Assembly: GCA_951406725.2 (NCBI GenBank)
Contig: OX597824.1
Coordinates: forward strand, 40,176,001 to 40,240,000
DNA: 64,000 nt
Source of the DNA: Octopus vulgaris
Lineage: Eukaryota
Direction: 5' to 3'
The notes below the pieces were generated by a model. The model was not told where the DNA came from, made no database searches, and saw only the letters and a list, made by a program, of their open reading frames with translations. Numbering within the stretch: position 1 is the first letter of the stretch; every line of letters starts with the position of its first letter. The position numbers and the translations under genes are program-made. Of this stretch, positions 58,076 to 64,000 are shown in pieces.

Positions 58076-59357
58076 CGCACTAGATAAAACTCCAGTACGA
58101 ATTATGTTATTTCTTATTGTGTGCACGCACAAAATTACAGCTCAACTTCAATTGAAATGACTTTTTGGCGAATTACTGATCGAAGCACTTACTAAAACCC
58201 CTCATAACTTATTTTATTTTTAAGAATCTTCACAAAATGTTTTCGATTCTGTCTTCTGCATAATAGAATTAATACGATTATCCAATAAACTTTTTTTTAA
58301 TATTCCCCCTACCCCGCTAATTCCAAAACTGTCCCACTATTTTTCGATTTTTCTTTTTTATTCTTGGTTTTCACAATGGAATTAATACGATTATCCAATA
58401 GAATTTTTTTATACTTTACCCCACCCCTAATTCTAAAACTTTCCACTATCAAATCTTGCGTATTTGTGTCAGAGAAAAACACTAAAATTCCCTTTCCCAA
58501 CCTCCACCCATCACCTCCCCACTTTTAAAAAACTAAAAATTCCGAATGTTTCACTTTTAGCTTTTTTGTTCGTTTAATGTTGATTCCAGCATGTCGGGTT
58601 TTTCTGGTAGTCGTCTGGTAGTTTGACGTCTGCTATTTCAGTAGAATTCTACGCATGCGTGAAACATCAAACGAAAGTGAAACATTCAGAGTTTTTAGCT
58701 TTTTGAAAGCGGGGAGGTGATGGGTGGGCGAGGTGGGAGAAGAAGTATTGAGTGTTTCTGAAAGGAAAATTAAAATTTTTAAAAAATTTCCCAGATTGTC
58801 TATTTTTCTACGTTAATTAAAAAAATCGTAAAAAGTTAAAAATTAAGAAATGGGGTAGGGGAGGGGGAAATTAACATCTTGAAAACATGATTTTTGGGCA
58901 AAATCGTATTCTCCTATATCGAAAACATTGAAATCCGAAGAAATTTTGGAGAAAAAAGTGCAAGTGGGTGGTACGGAAAATGCGTCAATAATTGTGCCAA
59001 AAAAGCATTTTTTGTCATTTTCCGTCGACAAATAAGGTTCTGTGCATACCAAATACACTCATAACACTCCTTATACATTACTGCATTTTTTACACCAAAA
59101 GCATTAAAATTGACAACGTAGATTAGAAGCAAATCCAAATATTGCCCGAAAATGACCTCAAAATTGTGCGATCCAACCTCGCTTTCGAGGTTATTTTGTA
59201 GTAAAAAAGTGTTGGGCAAAAAAAACATACTTTATTTGGTAGCCGAAAGATTACTGAATCTTTTGATACCTCATACGTCAAAATCGGCAACTTAGTTTTC
59301 GAATTGATAACGAACATACGCACCACACACACACACACACACAAACTCTGTTTTATC

Positions 59358-59426
<69 letters not shown>

Positions 59427-60095
59427 CCCCCGCCACCTCTTTCTCTCTCTCCCTATCTTTCTTCTTTCTCGTCCTGACAATCGACTACGCTCTCGAAGTC
59501 TCCGCCTTAGGGTGTAGCTCCAATGACAGGCGGAATGATACATCGTTTGGTGTACATTGATGTTACATGAATATTAGCGTGCCGTGCACTGAGGCGGAAA
59601 AATACGCTGAAAAAGAAGAAAGCAATTTCAGGCTAGAGAACTACTTCATCAAAGAAACAAAGAAAAGAAATAAGGAAGAATATGAGAGATTGTCATTTAT
59701 TAACAATCATTAATCCAGGTTTCATTAAAATCTAGACATTTATTAGACGTGAATGGAATAACAGTTCGGCTTCAAAGAAATACAATAGTTCTTTGCAAAT
59801 GAGAAACAAGACGTATTGCAAATTGGAGTGAACTACTTTAGAAGCTAGATATTTGTTTGACTTACCAGAACTAGCCGAAGAATAATAAATAGCTATCGAT
59901 TTTATATCACACATTAACATACCCGCACACAAGCACACGTATACATGCAAATATATACATGCACGTACACACACTTAAATATGTGCGCGTGTTTGTGTAT
60001 GTTTATATGTATGTGTGTATGAGATACTGAACTTTTCAGTACCAACAAGACAGACAGACAGGCAGACAGACAGACAGACAGATAGACAGACTGAC

Positions 60096-60269
<174 letters not shown>

Positions 60270-60554
60270 TGTTATGATGTGGTGTTTTCCACAGTTATAA
60301 TGTGTAAGCACTGTTGCGACTGTAACTGTTGTATCAACGTTAGTAGCCACGATATTTACTTATTATTGGATATAGTGTATCTCTTCTATACAGGAATGGT
60401 AATACACAGCTTCGTCTACCGTGCTATCGCTGATAGCTCTGCAAGACACCGAACTTGAACCGTCTACCTTGACTGTGACTTTAACTCGACTATAACACGT
60501 AACTGGCACTTAACTCCAACTGAGAACTCGTACAACGGCTGACACACGACTCCT

Positions 60555-62280
60555 TTTCTTTATTTGGCACCCAGGCCTTAATATAGAGGGGACAGCACAA
60601 GGACAGACAGAACAACACAGTGGGGACAAAAAAATAAAACGAATGAAAAATGAAGATGTATATAAAAATGATAAAATTAATGATGATGGAATAGCTGCAT
60701 TGAGCCCCACTCTCAAGCAGTACTATCTAACAGTTAAATTATACACTTAAATAAATCGTTCTTACGCTCTCTCTTTCTTTCTTTTTATATCGTTCTTTTT
60801 TTGAGCATTCAGAAGGACAAACAGAACCCCACAGTGGGAACAAAAAACACAGAACGAACGAATGAAGGATGAATTATAATAATGGAGGAGAAATGGCTGC
60901 ATGCTCTCCACTCGCAAGCAGTACCTTTTTAAATGTTTTAGTTAAACGTTTTTATATCATTTTTCTTTTTTCTCTTTTGTTTTCCTTTTTGTATCAGTTT
61001 TATAGTCATTGAAATTCCAAACATTTACTTTTTTTCACCATTTTATGTAAGGTGTTAGGTCCTCATAATCTATCACTGGTGGCAATTCATCGAACTCCAC
61101 GCGCATGTCCACTTGATTTTCCACGTTGGCTTCCCTTGATATTGTTGGAATCTCCTGCTGTGTCCTTTCCTGTTTATTTTCCTTCCTTTTCTTTAGTGGA
61201 CTCTTTGGCAGTGAGTCCACGTTTTCCTTCCTTTTCTTTTTCCTATTTACCACCGTATATTCCTCCTCCACCTTCTCTGGACACTTCTCTCTCGCTGGGG
61301 TCGCCACTTCGTCATTTTGCTCCTGCTCGTCACCCTGTTGCTTCTGTTCCTATTCACCTTTCTCGTCATTCTGGAGACACCTTATTCTCATGTATCCCCT
61401 CACTCCACACTGGTAACAGGTTGGAGGTCTTCCCTCCACCACTACTCTTAATCTCACTTCCTCCGGCAGTATCACCTCCTCCGCTATCTTGTGCAAGTCC
61501 TGCAAACTGGCCTGAACCGCCACCTCGAGGCCGTATCCCCATCAGTTTACCTCTTTCGTTCTCGTTACTTTTAAAACTTTCGCTTCCTGCTCTATGTTAT
61601 ACATAATGGCTCCCACCAGCCACGCCTCCTCAGTCTCCGGGGGTACTCTACCTATCCTTATCCGGCCACTCGTTTGCCACAGTAAGTCGGCAGAAGTACC
61701 CACTCTGGTGTCCATAGCGCCACAGTGGAGCGGTTTATCGCGTCTTGTTCCTTTGCGAACCTTACCTCCACTGTGCCGTATTTTCCCCTCTGATTTATAA
61801 TGATGTGAGGCTTTTTACCCCCTTTAAACACTCCTTTATGGTTTCCACAGTAGCTATTTCAATTCTTTTCGTTGCCGTGGACACTGTTCTATATACTACT
61901 GTCCACGAAGTTACACTCGCTGTCAAATCTTGTGGCGGGGTCAACCTCAAACTGGTTCCCTCCTTTTCGATAAGTCTGTTGAACTCCTTTAGCTTCTTTT
62001 TCTCCATCTTCACCTCTCATACCTGTAACATATCTCCAGTTAAACTTCTTCCAGTGGCTGAAGCATAACTGCCAGCTGGGACTGGTTCGCTTCCCATCCT
62101 TCCTTTTTTAACTACTTCAGCCATAAATAGGGAAGAAAACAATTATAAACTCACATGTAATAAAAAAACAGCAACTAACAATTCAACGATTTAATAATGA
62201 GGTTTAATAATTAAGCAATTAGGTTCACCCTTACGGGAGACCTTCGACTCGTAATTAACAATGCGACTCACGTCTAACAG
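60555..62280 (-). mobile_element. Tx1/L1-like LINE derivative containing only a degenerate ORF1
   Basis: Minus strand reads VRLRVVVEGRPPTCYQCGVRGYMRIRC (CCHC knuckle with H>Y, 61377-61418), then a K/E-rich tail; no ORF2 seen; 3' module duplicated (60600-60725 vs 60815-60925). Confidence 0.65.
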
Positions 62281-62486
62281 GGATCAAAAATGATGAACTG
62301 GAACAGAAAATACTGACACATGACTCCCTATACTGGTTGATGTCGTCTCACCTTATAGTGGCTGATCATACCACTTGTCCCGTGGGAAGTGGGTGTACCA
62401 TTTCCACTACATTTCCCCTTTTAGTTTTTTCCTTTTGGGGAAGCAAGTAATTTTATTTTACCTTATTCACTCCACCTCCCATTTTT

Positions 62487-62564
<78 letters not shown>

Positions 62565-62566
<2 letters not shown>

Positions 62567-62780
62567 GTCGGTGCTGCCCAGTATGAGTGGTCAGTTTTCT
62601 CAATTAAAGCTAAACTTTCCAGTCTTTCCAGCTTTTGGTTGACCTGGTCTATCGCCGCAAATGGTCTTGCATTTTCTTTTACAGTAATCCTTTTGTTTTA
62701 GTGCAACAACCCAATCCTTCCCAAAAAAACATTTGGAAATAATTCTTTTAATTCTTTGTCTCAGTTCTTCGACTTCATTC
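62565..62780 (-). mobile_element. Ty3/Gypsy pol fragment (pre-RT region)
   Basis: With frameshifts reads KELFPNVF.EGLGCCTKTK...VKENARPFAAIDQVNQKLERLESLALIEKTDHSYWAAPTVY (S.WAAP.V motif at the RT start). Confidence 0.8.
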
Positions 62781-64000
62781 GAACCTTTGACCGTCCCAAC
62801 TACACTTCCACAGAGAACATAAGGGTACACCAGGCACATGCATCACAACCACATGTACGCGACATGGAGATCTAATATCAAGATTAACAACGCATGACCT
62901 TGCAGGTGGGGCCCAGTTAGAATTTTCTTCGGGTCGAGTAGACCATCCCGCTCAAATGGTCCCTGAATAAGGTTTGTTTAAGGATGTTGAACGAAACACC
63001 CATGTTTCCAGGGGTGAATTATCCAAACCTCAAACAATTCCTCTCAGCACAGCGCTATGATGTCCATACTTGTTGCTGCTGATATTATTTCCTGATACGG
63101 TACAGCGACAAGAAATTACTTTGCGATATCAGGTAACGGGCATCACACGGGATAGCATAGTACAATGTCTGAATAAAAAAATAAAGCTATGACTGCCGTA
63201 GCTGTAAATCTATTCATCATAGATTCGTTTGATCAAAATTGGCCAAGTGCTAAGCAACAACACAGAACAAAATAACAACAGTTCCTAAATCTCGTTTGGA
63301 ACACATTGCCAATTATATGAAGGACGTATTATTATTATTATTATTATTATTGGTCCTGATTCTGTCACTCTCCTCTACTAATTCTAGCATATTGCTAGTA
63401 CTTCTTTACACGAAAACCATCAACTCTAATCAGGATTGAACTCGGTGTACTTCTCAACGTTTCAGATACAAAGCATTCATCACATTTTTACACACTGCGT
63501 AATTTCAGATCTCTCTTTCTCTCTAATTTCATACCTCTCTCTCTCTTTCTCTCTCGCTCTCTCTCTCTCACTCTCACCCTCCCTCTCTCTTTCCCGCCGC
63601 CAAACCGAATCGCAATTTACTGATTAATGTCTCGTTGTAGCACAAGTTTATCACAGGCCATCAAGCGGCCTACTATCACATAACCATCTACATAATCAGT
63701 GTATTTGCAGCTGATGTTATATATTAGCAATGCTTTTGATGGAGTTCGCAGAAAAGTAAAAACAAAATTCATTCGCGTCTGTGATGAAGGAGAGAAAAAT
63801 GTCACTCATTAAAAATGTGTCTCATTAAAACACAACAACCTCTCTTCATACGAATTCCACTTAAGCATTTCTGTATCGATGGGTCCCTCAAATTGTATAT
63901 ATATGCATACGTCTATGTGTGTTTGTATGTGTTAGGATATTAGATAATATATATAAGTTAGAAAACACACATACACATATATATATATAAGTTCTAACAA

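Noticed and set aside
59855-59910. Minus-strand TATAAAA followed by a GTAAGT donor
   Set aside because: The implied exon would be tiny and no downstream coding exon was found; such motifs are expected by chance in AT-rich DNA.

Overview
AT-rich, microsatellite-saturated animal genomic DNA. The tRNA-derived SINE families and overall repeat landscape suggest a coleoid cephalopod, probably Octopus (inference). Almost all ORFs in the supplied track are microsatellite or transposon artefacts. I find one convincing host gene that the ORF track misses because it is spliced: a 94-aa secreted six-cysteine peptide precursor with coding exons 30798-30938 and 38589-38732 (+), resembling eclosion hormone. 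The rest is transposon-derived: three SINE families, mariner/Tc1/piggyBac/Merlin-like MITEs, a Helitron, RTE, R4/Dong-type and Tx1/L1-like LINE remnants, and Gypsy fragments. Three things stand out besides the gene. About a dozen minimal type-I hammerhead-ribozyme-like motifs of the Penelope type occur, several with a CCGAnGA core and two sitting in ~210-bp inverted repeats. An RTE LINE shows a twin-priming-like 5' inversion and is nested in a SINE microsatellite. A MITE family carries telomeric repeats. All calls are by eye, and repeat boundaries are approximate unless TSDs or TIRs are quoted.
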